Assembly (NCBI GenBank): GCA_036170695.1
Contig: JAVHPR010000148.1
Location: 1-50,641, forward strand
Direction of reading: 5' to 3'
Source: Bacteroidia bacterium
GTDB taxonomy: Bacteria > Bacteroidota > Bacteroidia > 2-12-FULL-35-15
DNA: 50,641 nt
Shown: positions 18,019 through 25,868 of the stretch, piece after piece
How the letters are laid out: each line of letters begins with the position of its first letter
Numbering within the stretch: the first letter of the stretch is position 1
Notes under the pieces: generated by a model
Told to the model about the DNA's origin: nothing
Databases searched by the model: none
What the model saw: only the letters and a program-made list of their open reading frames with translations
Position numbers and translations under genes: made by a program

Positions 18019-18092
18019 ACAATTTATTGCAAAACCGTGTCGAAATCGAACATTATCGCACACCGACATTGCACACCTAATTTTTATATTAG

Positions 18093-18389
18093 TTAAAGTT
18101 TTTGCTTTTTAGGATTTTGGCGGTTGTCCCAGAAAAATAATAAATCCATTTGGTTGTTCCCCATAATTTTATAGAGTAAACTATTGTGCTTGGTTATTAA
18201 TGCAGTATGGACATTTATTTTTTTTGGGGAAGGAAACATTTTGGGCTTTTCAGAAATGTGTCCGATAACATTGTTTGTTTTCCTAACGAAATTTTTAACC
18301 TCTTTTTCTGACCACTCTTTTAAAAAATAAACAACAACTTTATCAAATGTTTTTTCGGCTCGTTTAGTCCAATGTACCTTTAGAGCCAT
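18093..18389 (-). CDS. type II toxin, ParE/RelE family (module 1)
   Basis: 98 aa: HWTKRAEKTFDKVVVYF ... LLFFWDNRQNPKK. It overlaps the antitoxin by 10 nt. Confidence 0.8.
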   Translation of the reverse strand: MALKVHWTKRAEKTFDKVVVYFLKEWSEKEVKNFVRKTNNVIGHISEKPKMFPSPKKINVHTALITKHNSLLYKIMGNNQMDLLFFWDNRQNPKKQKL

Positions 18390-18619
18390 TTATTGTACTT
18401 TTTCATTACTTGACTATGTGGTACGGTTTCTCCTTTTTCAGATTCTTCAATTGAAGCCATTATCTCTTCCTTTTGCTCATTAGAAAATTCATCCCAAAAA
18501 TCCGCTTCCTTTTTTACTGTCTGAGATATTAGTTGTTTGTAAATAGAGTTAAGTACCTTGCTATCCTTAGTGGTTGCCAGCAACTCAAATATTGTAAGTT
18601 TTATTTCCGCAGCACTCAT
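18380..18619 (-). CDS. antitoxin (small helical addiction-module component, module 1)
   Basis: 79-aa product from ATG 18619 (MSAAEIKLTIFELLATTKDSK...FWDEFSNEQKEEIMASIEES), a paralogue of 17692-17952. Confidence 0.7.
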   Translation of the reverse strand: MSAAEIKLTIFELLATTKDSKVLNSIYKQLISQTVKKEADFWDEFSNEQKEEIMASIEESEKGETVPHSQVMKKYNKWL

Positions 18620-18638
18620 GGTTTTGAATTTGTTATTA

Positions 18639-18685
18639 CAAATATACGCCCCATAATGGAAATCTACAAACTCAAATGATTTATT
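18639..18685 (-). promoter_or_regulatory. promoter of TA module 1 (-7 TATATTTG; same 20-mer -33 block)
   Basis: AATAAATCATTTGAGTTTGT (18685-18666), a 20-nt spacer, TATATTTG (18646-18639), then 19 nt to the ATG. Confidence 0.6.
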
Positions 18686-18697
18686 CTTTTTTTTCAC

Positions 18698-18738
18698 TGG
18701 CGGTTATATTACTTTTTCTTCAAGGCTAATTTATTCAC
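18698..18738. repeat. right copy of ~40-bp direct repeat bounding the TA islet
   Basis: TGGCGGTTATATTACTTTTTCTTCAAGGCTAATTTATTCAC; see 15948-15987. Confidence 0.8.
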
Positions 18739-18756
18739 CAATATCGCGCACCTCGC

Positions 18757-18789
18757 ATAAAAAAAGCCCTCACACTTCTGTAAGGGCTT
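18757..18789 (-). terminator. rho-independent terminator downstream of tRNA-Phe
   Basis: On the - strand, AAGCCCTTACAGAAGTGTGAGGGCTT is followed by TTTTTTT (stem AAGCCCT/AGGGCTT plus ACA/TGT, 4-nt loop). Confidence 0.7.
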
Positions 18790-18800
18790 AATTTTAAAGG

Positions 18801-18873
18801 TGGTACCCACTGGAATCGAACCAGTGACACAAGGATTTTCAGTCCTTTGCTCTACCAACTGAGCTAGGGTACC
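18801..18873 (-). tRNA. tRNA-Phe (anticodon GAA)
   Basis: The reverse complement reads GGTACCCTAGCTCAGTTGGTAGAGCAAAGGACTGAAAATCCTTGTGTCACTGGTTCGATTCCAGTGGGTACCA. It has a 7-bp acceptor stem, a GCTC/GAGC D arm, an AAGGA/TCCTT anticodon stem with loop CTGAAAA, and a TTCGATT T-loop. CCA is not encoded. Confidence 0.95.
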
Positions 18874-18896
18874 AGCTCATTTTTTTTATTGGAGTG

Positions 18897-18904
18897 CAAA
18901 TTTA
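18897..18904 (-). promoter_or_regulatory. putative -7 box (TAAATTTG) for tRNA-Phe
   Basis: TAnnTTTG match 23 nt upstream of the tRNA 5' end. Confidence 0.45.
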
Positions 18905-18978
18905 TGAAATTATTTGTTTAATAGAGCAAAAAAATGTTTTTGTTTTTTTTAGGCAATAATTGGGAAGGCGTTAAGGTA

Positions 18979-20745
18979 TTATTTAGGTTTTTGCTCAGTT
19001 CCTTTGATACCCTCTTGTATTGCTTCAATAAAACGCGGATCAACCTTCCAGCCCAATTGCTTTGCTGTAAGAGCATCTTCGAGCGCGGGTTGAAATTGTT
19101 GAATAGTGAAATACGATCCAGCCCTGTCACAATAGGATTTCCCAAACTTTGGATTATACTTAATTGCTCCAGTATAGTCAATTATTGCCATATCGTATTT
19201 CCCAAGTGTATGATAAAGATTTCCACGATTGTTATAAGCTCTCGCAAATTTGGGGTCCTTCATGATTGCAGCATTATAATCTTTTAATGCATCATCATAA
19301 TTTTTCAGATCAAAGTTGACAACTCCACGATTGTAATGGGCGTCAGGGTAATTATCGTCAAGTTGAATTGTCCGGCTATAATCAACGCGTGCTTTTTCAT
19401 ACTGCTTTTCCTGAAAATATGACAAGGCTCTATTATTTAAAGATTTAGGAGCGCCGTCAAATTTTTCGATGGCATTGCTCCAAAGTGATATGTTATCATG
19501 CCAAACCTTACCCTGTTGAACTGTTAGATAACAGCATATTAATGAAAACACAACGAATACTATTATTGAAGGAGTTTTAAAAGTTTGAAATTTCCCCGAT
19601 GTATTTTCCCATAAATTATTTAGCCCTCTTGCCAGAATAAAAAATATTCCAATATAGGGAAGATACGTGTAACGGTCCGCGATGATGGCATCTCCAACCG
19701 GTAGTATCTGTAATACTAATGCAATTGTAATTAAAAAAAATCCGAGCCCGAATACCACATCTTTACTCAAACGAAAATATTTATAGATCAAAAATCCAAG
19801 TACAAGAATTAGTACTGGTGCAATTAAAAAAATCAAGGGGTACATTCCATTCTCTTTTACCGGATAATTGTAAAAAACTGTCTGGTTAATTGGTAGAAAA
19901 AGTTTCCAGAGGTAGGTAATCAGGCCATAACAACTAAATAAAATACGATCAAAAAAACTATAATTAGCAATGCCTTCCAAAGCACTTGCAGATTTCTGTG
20001 CTCCTATTGCAATGATTCCGAAAACAAGTGACATAACGATAAACGGCACTTTTTCCAGTAGTCCTTTCAAATTAATTTTTCTGCCCATAAAATAGTCGAG
20101 TGCAAAAAAAGTAATTGGAACAGTTACTGCCATTGCCTTTGAAAAAAGACCTAAAAGGAACAGAGAGAATGCCAGGACATAATAATGCCATTTCCATTTT
20201 TCTACCTTCAGATACAAAAGATAGGTGGATAGTGATGCAAGGTAAAAAAATGAATACATAACATCTTTCCTTTCCGATACCCACGATACGGACTCAACGT
20301 GCATAGGGTGAATTGCAAATAGCAGTGCAGTTATAAAGGCAACCCATTGTTGTTGCGTCAATAACCAGATAAAACAGAAAACAAGCAGAGCATTGAAAAT
20401 ATGAAAGATTAGGTTTGTAACATGATAGGGTTTTGGATTGAGCTTAAATTTCGCGTATTCAACACAATACGTAAGCATCGTTAAGGGCTGATAGTTCCCC
20501 AAAATATTGCTGGTAAACGTCTTTTTAATCGTATAACTTATACTGTCGCCATGGAGTGTGCGAATATCCGGATTTTCAGTTATGTAACCATGATCGTCCC
20601 AGGTGGTAATAAAATGATTGTTGAGTGATTTGAAATAGATTGAAGCAGTAATAACGATAAGGGCAAGCAGCAATAATTTATTAAAGGATTTAGGCGCCGG
20701 ACTGTTTTTTTTTTGCTTTTTAATTTCGACTTTTTTTGCTTTCAT
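18979..20745 (-). CDS. polytopic membrane protein with C-terminal TPR repeats (TMTC/PMT-like glycosyltransferase-39-type architecture)
   Basis: 588 aa with ~10 predicted TM helices in the N-terminal 400 aa, followed by TPR units (YEKARVDYSRTIQLDDNYPDAHYNRGV, ALKDYNAAIMKDPKFARAYNNRGN, ...). An A10 tract lies in codons 9-14. Confidence 0.65.
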   Translation of the reverse strand: MKAKKVEIKKQKKNSPAPKSFNKLLLLALIVITASIYFKSLNNHFITTWDDHGYITENPDIRTLHGDSISYTIKKTFTSNILGNYQPLTMLTYCVEYAKFKLNPKPYHVTNLIFHIFNALLVFCFIWLLTQQQWVAFITALLFAIHPMHVESVSWVSERKDVMYSFFYLASLSTYLLYLKVEKWKWHYYVLAFSLFLLGLFSKAMAVTVPITFFALDYFMGRKINLKGLLEKVPFIVMSLVFGIIAIGAQKSASALEGIANYSFFDRILFSCYGLITYLWKLFLPINQTVFYNYPVKENGMYPLIFLIAPVLILVLGFLIYKYFRLSKDVVFGLGFFLITIALVLQILPVGDAIIADRYTYLPYIGIFFILARGLNNLWENTSGKFQTFKTPSIIVFVVFSLICCYLTVQQGKVWHDNISLWSNAIEKFDGAPKSLNNRALSYFQEKQYEKARVDYSRTIQLDDNYPDAHYNRGVVNFDLKNYDDALKDYNAAIMKDPKFARAYNNRGNLYHTLGKYDMAIIDYTGAIKYNPKFGKSYCDRAGSYFTIQQFQPALEDALTAKQLGWKVDPRFIEAIQEGIKGTEQKPK

Positions 20746-20783
20746 AAATTCCTGATAAATAAAATTATGATATGTCTAAATTC

Positions 20784-20867
20784 TTGAGTCCTGACTCTTG
20801 ACTCTTAACTCTTAACTTTTAACTTTTAACTTTTAACTCTTAACTTTTAACTCTTAACTCTTTATTC
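20784..20867. repeat. tandem heptamer array, 12 units (TTAACTC/TTAACTT)
   Basis: Head-to-tail 7-nt units counted directly. The array runs from 38 nt upstream of the TPR-gene ATG into the stop codon of the S4-domain gene (20862-20864). Confidence 0.9.
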
Positions 20868-21068
20868 TATTTCTACTTTCTGATTGTTATATGATATACT
20901 ATCACCTATTACTAATTTATTACGTTTTCTGTATTCTACCTCACCATTAACTTTTATCTGTCCCGCAATAATAAGTGCATTTGCCTCAGCGCCATTCGAA
21001 CTCCACGACATAGCCTTTATCAACTGATTAAGTTGAATATATTCATCTTTTATTTTAAATTTTTTCAT
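20862..21068 (-). CDS. S4-domain RNA-binding protein (YbcJ-like)
   Basis: 68-aa product from ATG 21068. MKKFKIKDEYIQLNQLIKAMSWSSNGAEANALIIAGQIKVNGEVEYRKRNKL aligns by eye to E. coli YbcJ. Confidence 0.8.
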   Translation of the reverse strand: MKKFKIKDEYIQLNQLIKAMSWSSNGAEANALIIAGQIKVNGEVEYRKRNKLVIGDSISYNNQKVEIE

Positions 21069-21128
21069 AAATAGTGTATTGCCCCACAAAAATAATAAAC
21101 TAAATGGATTAAAAATTATCTTTGTATA

Positions 21129-21404
21129 ATGAATAAGGATGTACAGTTTAACAAACTTCGCGAACTATTAAACAAAGAAAATAACTGGCCTTCGGTTTAT
21201 ATGTTCAAATTTATTATACCCGCCGATAATCAGAAAATCGCTTTGGTTGAATCAAAATTTTCTGATGAAGCAATCATTTTACACAAAGAATCTGCAAACG
21301 GAAAATATTTTAGCATAACAATTAAGGAAGTTATGTTTGATGCGGAATCCATTATATCCAAATATAAAGAAATGGATGGCATTGAGGGACTGATGGCTCT
21401 TTAA
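21129..21404 (+). CDS. DUF493 (YbeD-like) family protein
   Basis: 91 aa. The WPSVYMFKFIIP motif and the size are typical of Bacteroidota DUF493 proteins. Confidence 0.6.
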   Translation: MNKDVQFNKLRELLNKENNWPSVYMFKFIIPADNQKIALVESKFSDEAIILHKESANGKYFSITIKEVMFDAESIISKYKEMDGIEGLMAL

Positions 21405-21443
21405 AGAAAGGGGAAAGAAAAACTTAAACAATTTTTCAAATAA

Positions 21444-21935
21444 TTAATCGAAGGGCTCTTTTTCTTTTAAAATATCCCAGATTAAATCATTCTCAAAGCC
21501 TCGTGAAGCCGCATATTGTGCGATTTTATAATTCCGCAATGCAGATTGACCACCTTTAATTTCTTTTGATTTTTTTTCAATTATTTGTTTTAATGTTTGG
21601 ATATACTGTTTGTCATTAATCTCTTCCATAGCCTTTTTGACACAGTAATCAGAGATATTTCGTTTTTTTAATTCAATTTTAATTTTTATTCGTCCCCATT
21701 TTTTTATTCTAAACTTTCCGCCGGCATAAGTTTTTGAAAAACGTTCTTCGTTTAAAAAATTAGTGGTAATTAAATCCGAAATGATATTTTCCACTGCATC
21801 AGGATAAAGCCCCCATTCATAGAGTTTGCTTCGCATTTCTTGCTGACAACGTTCCTGGTATGCGCAGGATTGCTGAGCCTTAATCAAAGCCTGGGCAGGT
21901 GTGAGTTTTTTCTTCGGTTTAGTTTCGAAATCCAT
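21444..21935 (-). CDS. recX: regulatory protein RecX
   Basis: 163 aa. ALIKAQQSCAYQERCQQEMRSKLYEWGL and the three-repeat helical layout are typical of RecX. Confidence 0.78.
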   Translation of the reverse strand: MDFETKPKKKLTPAQALIKAQQSCAYQERCQQEMRSKLYEWGLYPDAVENIISDLITTNFLNEERFSKTYAGGKFRIKKWGRIKIKIELKKRNISDYCVKKAMEEINDKQYIQTLKQIIEKKSKEIKGGQSALRNYKIAQYAASRGFENDLIWDILKEKEPFD

Positions 21936-21988
21936 TTTTTTTGAATAGAGGAGTGGGATTTAATAATTGTTTTTAACACAGCAAATTG

Positions 21989-23380
21989 TCAAATCATCCC
22001 TCTTGCTTTTAACTCCAGATATTTATTAATTGTATTTACAGAGAGTTTTTTCGGATCTGTTAAAATGCAATGAATTCCGTACTTTTCAAGCTCTTTTACA
22101 ATCAGTTTTTTCTCGTAAGCAAATTTTTGAGCAATGGCTTTATTATAAACATCTTCAGTTGTAATTGCCGGTTTATCTATAAATGCATGCAATTCTGTAT
22201 TTTCAAAAAACAGTACTACCAGCAAATGTTCTTTTGCCAGCCTGCGCAAATATTTAAGCTGTCGTTGCAGTCCTGACAAGCTTTCAAAGTTGGTGTAAAG
22301 CAATAATAAGCTACGCTGATTTATTTTTCTTTTTATATTGATAAATAAATTTTCGAAATCACTTTCGAGATAACCTGTTTTTTGATTGTAAAGTAATTCT
22401 AATATTTTTTGAAGTTGAGCATTTCTGCGATCTGCAAGCAAAATGGATTGCACTTTATGTGAGAAGATAACAATCCCGGCCTTATCTTGTTTGAGCATTG
22501 CAATATTTGAAATAACCAAACTAGCATTGATCGCATAATCCAGTAGGCTCAAGCCGTCAAAAGGCATTTTCATTACCCGCCCCATATCAATGATAGAATA
22601 TACCTGCTGTGATTTCTCATCCTGAAATTGATTAATCATCAGCTTGTTTTTTCGCGCAGTGGCTTTCCAATTTATGGTTCGGAAATCATCTCCGGAAACG
22701 TATTCCTTAATTTGGTCAAACTCCGCATTGCTGCCTATTTTCCGTATTTTTTTTATACCCGCATTTGTCAGATAGTTTGATATCGCAAGCAATTCATATT
22801 TGCGCATTTGCAAAAATGAAGGGTAAACAGGCACAATTAAATCTTGCGAAAAGCGATATCGTCGTTGAATAAATCCAATGGGACTTTTAACATAAACATT
22901 TAGAGCTCCGAAATTATATTCTCCCCGTTTCAGAGGCTTTACAATATATTCAAGTGTTTTGTTTTTTTTAGCCCCGATTGTTAATTTAAACGCTGTGTCA
23001 CGCGCCTGAAATTGAAACGGAACTTCATCTATTACCGTTAACCGGGAAGGGAATAAATAATGATTTTCTAAAATAATTTGTATTAAATTATCATCACCGT
23101 TTGATAATTTATCTAAAGTGTCACGTCTGCCATATATACCGTTTTTATTGGAGTACAGGGAAATCATATCCACCATAAGTAATACCGGAATAATCAGTAG
23201 ACCATATTCAGCAAATGCCGCTATTTGAGAAAAGAAAAATCCAAAAACAAGCAACACCACTTCTGCTGCAATAACGAAATAGAGAAGGTTTGTAAAAAAA
23301 ACAGATTTAAAGAAAAGCCACACCCCTCCTACCTGAGAGGAAGGATTTGATGCATCTTTATTATAATTATTTTGTCCCAC
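21989..23380 (-). CDS. DUF58 (vWA-like) protein, membrane anchored; MoxR partner
   Basis: 463 aa with a GTG start and two N-terminal TM helices. FDQIKEYVSGDDFRTINWKATAR is the DUF58 signature. It lies immediately downstream of the MoxR ATPase. Confidence 0.8.
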   Translation of the reverse strand: MGQNNYNKDASNPSSQVGGVWLFFKSVFFTNLLYFVIAAEVVLLVFGFFFSQIAAFAEYGLLIIPVLLMVDMISLYSNKNGIYGRRDTLDKLSNGDDNLIQIILENHYLFPSRLTVIDEVPFQFQARDTAFKLTIGAKKNKTLEYIVKPLKRGEYNFGALNVYVKSPIGFIQRRYRFSQDLIVPVYPSFLQMRKYELLAISNYLTNAGIKKIRKIGSNAEFDQIKEYVSGDDFRTINWKATARKNKLMINQFQDEKSQQVYSIIDMGRVMKMPFDGLSLLDYAINASLVISNIAMLKQDKAGIVIFSHKVQSILLADRRNAQLQKILELLYNQKTGYLESDFENLFINIKRKINQRSLLLLYTNFESLSGLQRQLKYLRRLAKEHLLVVLFFENTELHAFIDKPAITTEDVYNKAIAQKFAYEKKLIVKELEKYGIHCILTDPKKLSVNTINKYLELKARGMI

Positions 23381-23400
23381 AAAAAAAATGTAAACGTATT

Positions 23401-23491
23401 TTAACTATTACCTATTGTATTGCCACTTCCCCATTAACTCTTAACTAATACCTATTACTTATTACCTCTTAACTATTAACTCTTAACTAAA
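23401..23491. repeat. tandem heptamer array, 13 units (mixed AACTCTT / ACCTATT types)
   Basis: Period-7 phasing counted directly. It fills the MoxR-DUF58 intergenic gap. Confidence 0.8.
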
Positions 23492-23494
23492 AAA

Positions 23495-24472
23495 CTACCT
23501 CGGCACTTCAATTTGTTCTATAATTTGTTTTATCACTTCTTTCGAAGAAATTCCTTCCATTTCTTTTTCAGGAGTGAGCATTATGCGATGATTTAATACA
23601 GGCGTTGCTACAAATTTAATATCATCGGGAGTAACAAAATCACGTCCCCGAATTGCCGCGATGGCCATTGATGCCGAAAGTATGGATAACGATGCACGTG
23701 GGGATGCCCCCAGATAAAGAGACGAATTGTTGCGTGTTTGATTTACTATTTTTGCGATGTATGAAATTAAATTCGAATCGATATGCAATGAACTTACTTT
23801 TGCTCTGAAATCAGTCACATTAGCTACATTTATCACAGCCATAATGCTGTTTATGTCCACTGTGTTTTTTCTTGAGTGATATTCTGAAATAATTTTAATT
23901 TCATCCTCAAGAGAGGGGTAACCGACTTCAATTTTAAAAATAAAACGGTCGAGTTGTGCTTCAGGCAGTCTATACGTGCCTTCGTGCTCAATTGGATTTT
24001 GAGTTGCCAAAACCATGAAAGGAGCCGTTAATGGATATGTTTTCCCATCAACAGTAATCTGTCGTTCTTCCATTGCTTCAAAAAGTGCTGATTGCGTTTT
24101 TGCAGGAGCACGATTAATTTCATCGATTAATATTATGTTTGAAAACAGCGGACCTTTTTTAAATTCAAACTCTGAAGTTTTAAGATTAAAAATGCTTGTT
24201 CCGATAATATCCGAAGGCATCAGGTCGGGCGTGAATTGTATGCGGGAAAACCCTATATCCATTGTCTTTGAAAGCAATTTCGCTGTCAGCGTTTTAGCAA
24301 CGCCCGGCACTCCTTCAATTAATACATGCCCATCGGCAAGAATGGCAGCAATAAGGAGCTCGATCATATTATCCTGCCCGACAATTATTTTATTAATTTC
24401 CCGCTTAATGCTACTGACAGCATTTTGCAAGTCATTTAAATCAACCCGATTTTGAAATACTTGTTCTTCCAT
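23495..24472 (-). CDS. MoxR-family AAA+ ATPase
   Basis: 325 aa with Walker A GVPGVAKT, Walker B ILIDEINRA, and ATQNPIEHEGTYRLPEAQLDRF. Confidence 0.92.
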   Translation of the reverse strand: MEEQVFQNRVDLNDLQNAVSSIKREINKIIVGQDNMIELLIAAILADGHVLIEGVPGVAKTLTAKLLSKTMDIGFSRIQFTPDLMPSDIIGTSIFNLKTSEFEFKKGPLFSNIILIDEINRAPAKTQSALFEAMEERQITVDGKTYPLTAPFMVLATQNPIEHEGTYRLPEAQLDRFIFKIEVGYPSLEDEIKIISEYHSRKNTVDINSIMAVINVANVTDFRAKVSSLHIDSNLISYIAKIVNQTRNNSSLYLGASPRASLSILSASMAIAAIRGRDFVTPDDIKFVATPVLNHRIMLTPEKEMEGISSKEVIKQIIEQIEVPR

Positions 24473-24481
24473 TTTTTAAAA

Positions 24482-24640
24482 TTAGTTAATAGTTATTAGT
24501 TAATAGGCAATAGTCATTAGTTAATAAGCACATTTACACATCAGCACATCAGCACATCAACACATCAGCACATCAACACATCAACACATCAGCACATCTA
24601 CACATCAGCACATCTACACATTAGCATATCAGCACATCAA
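24482..24640. repeat. heptamer array (24482-24530, 7 units TTAGTTA/ATAGTCA) abutting a 14-unit octamer array (24529-24640, CACATCAG)
   Basis: Units counted directly. The octamer array ends 1 nt from the stop codon of the upstream (DUF4350-like) gene. Confidence 0.9.
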
Positions 24641-24641
24641 T

Positions 24642-25868
24642 TCACCGTTTACTTTGTTTGTGAAATTCTTCAATCATTCTATTTAATTTTAAAAGTTCTT
24701 GCTGTGTTATAGCAGCTTTAATGCTTAGATCCGAAAAATAGTAAAACAATTCGTGAACTTTTTGTTCCTCAATTCCTGAAAGGTTAACAATTCTCATGAT
24801 AAATGCATCATCATAAATAGTTGTTTTTGTTTGAAATGCAGTACGAATGTATTCAAGAAAATAGGTGATTTTTTTATCAGCGATATTTTTATGATTTCCT
24901 GTCTGATAATACAACTTACCCACAATATCCACGAACTCCAATGTTGTGTTTTTAAAAGGGGCAACAATAGGAATAATACGTTGCTTGCGTTTAGCGCCAA
25001 AAATCATAAATAAAATGAGAGACAGAATAAGCAAATAATACGCCTTTAGTAATAAAGGATTATTAAAAATAACGCGCAAAGGGTTATTACTTTTTTCATT
25101 TCCCGCTTTATAATATTCATCCCAAATAGTGGATTGGTAAGGCAAATAGGAGAGAGCCTTATAAACATAGGAGTAATTCGTACTCACAAAATGGTAATTA
25201 CTGAAGGCCTCAGGCAGCGTATTAATAAATATCTGCCCTTTCCCAATTTTAAATTTAATGTAATTGATTTTTTTATAGTCGTTATATCCTAAAACAGTGC
25301 TTTGTGCTGTGTCGAAAGAATTAAGGTAGGTGCCTTCCATACCTTTTTTGTAGGTATAATAAGTTGAATTTTTTAATGATGAACTGGTGAAATTAATTTT
25401 CACCGTGTCATGAGGTTTGTATATAGTTGAAAAGGCTAATGAATCATTTTTAGTAATATTTCCTAAATCAAAATAATTGTCTGTTTTAAGATTCAACGTG
25501 TCAGCAAATTTCCCTTCAAAATAATTGGCCGAAATAAATACACTATTGCCATTCGCAACAAATTTTAATAGTTCGCGGGTGTCCAGTGTATCCGGTTTAA
25601 ATACATTATTAATGATAATATAATTGTGATTTTGAATGGACTTTTTGTTCAAGGTATTGTACAGTGGCAGCTTTGTGTTAGTGATGTTCTGTGATTGGAA
25701 AATAACAGGTAACATGGAGTAAAGTGCAGAAGTTCCATACGGAATCTTTGCTTTCCCGGTATATGAAATACTCCAATCGATTTGCTTGGGAGCAAATACC
25801 TGCAGTAAGATAAGTGCTGTAAAACAAAGCGCCAAAATGATTAGATATATTCTATTTCCTTTCAACAT
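24642..25868 (-). CDS. DUF4350-like membrane-anchored protein
   Basis: 408 aa with an N-terminal TM, a large extracytoplasmic domain and a C-terminal TM (LLKAYYLLILSLILFMIFGA). Its start overlaps the preceding stop (TAATG). The family call is from recalled cluster context. Confidence 0.6.
   Translation of the reverse strand: MLKGNRIYLIILALCFTALILLQVFAPKQIDWSISYTGKAKIPYGTSALYSMLPVIFQSQNITNTKLPLYNTLNKKSIQNHNYIIINNVFKPDTLDTRELLKFVANGNSVFISANYFEGKFADTLNLKTDNYFDLGNITKNDSLAFSTIYKPHDTVKINFTSSSLKNSTYYTYKKGMEGTYLNSFDTAQSTVLGYNDYKKINYIKFKIGKGQIFINTLPEAFSNYHFVSTNYSYVYKALSYLPYQSTIWDEYYKAGNEKSNNPLRVIFNNPLLLKAYYLLILSLILFMIFGAKRKQRIIPIVAPFKNTTLEFVDIVGKLYYQTGNHKNIADKKITYFLEYIRTAFQTKTTIYDDAFIMRIVNLSGIEEQKVHELFYYFSDLSIKAAITQQELLKLNRMIEEFHKQSKR

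Noticed and set aside
24015-24455. 146-aa + strand ORF inside the moxR region
   Set aside because: It is fully antisense to a MoxR ORF that carries intact Walker A/B motifs. It has no recognisable motifs and a low-complexity composition, so I treat it as a shadow ORF.
24529-24640. CRISPR array
   Set aside because: The units are 7-8 nt, directly abutting, with no spacers, and there are no cas genes. They are tandem microsatellite-like arrays, not CRISPR.
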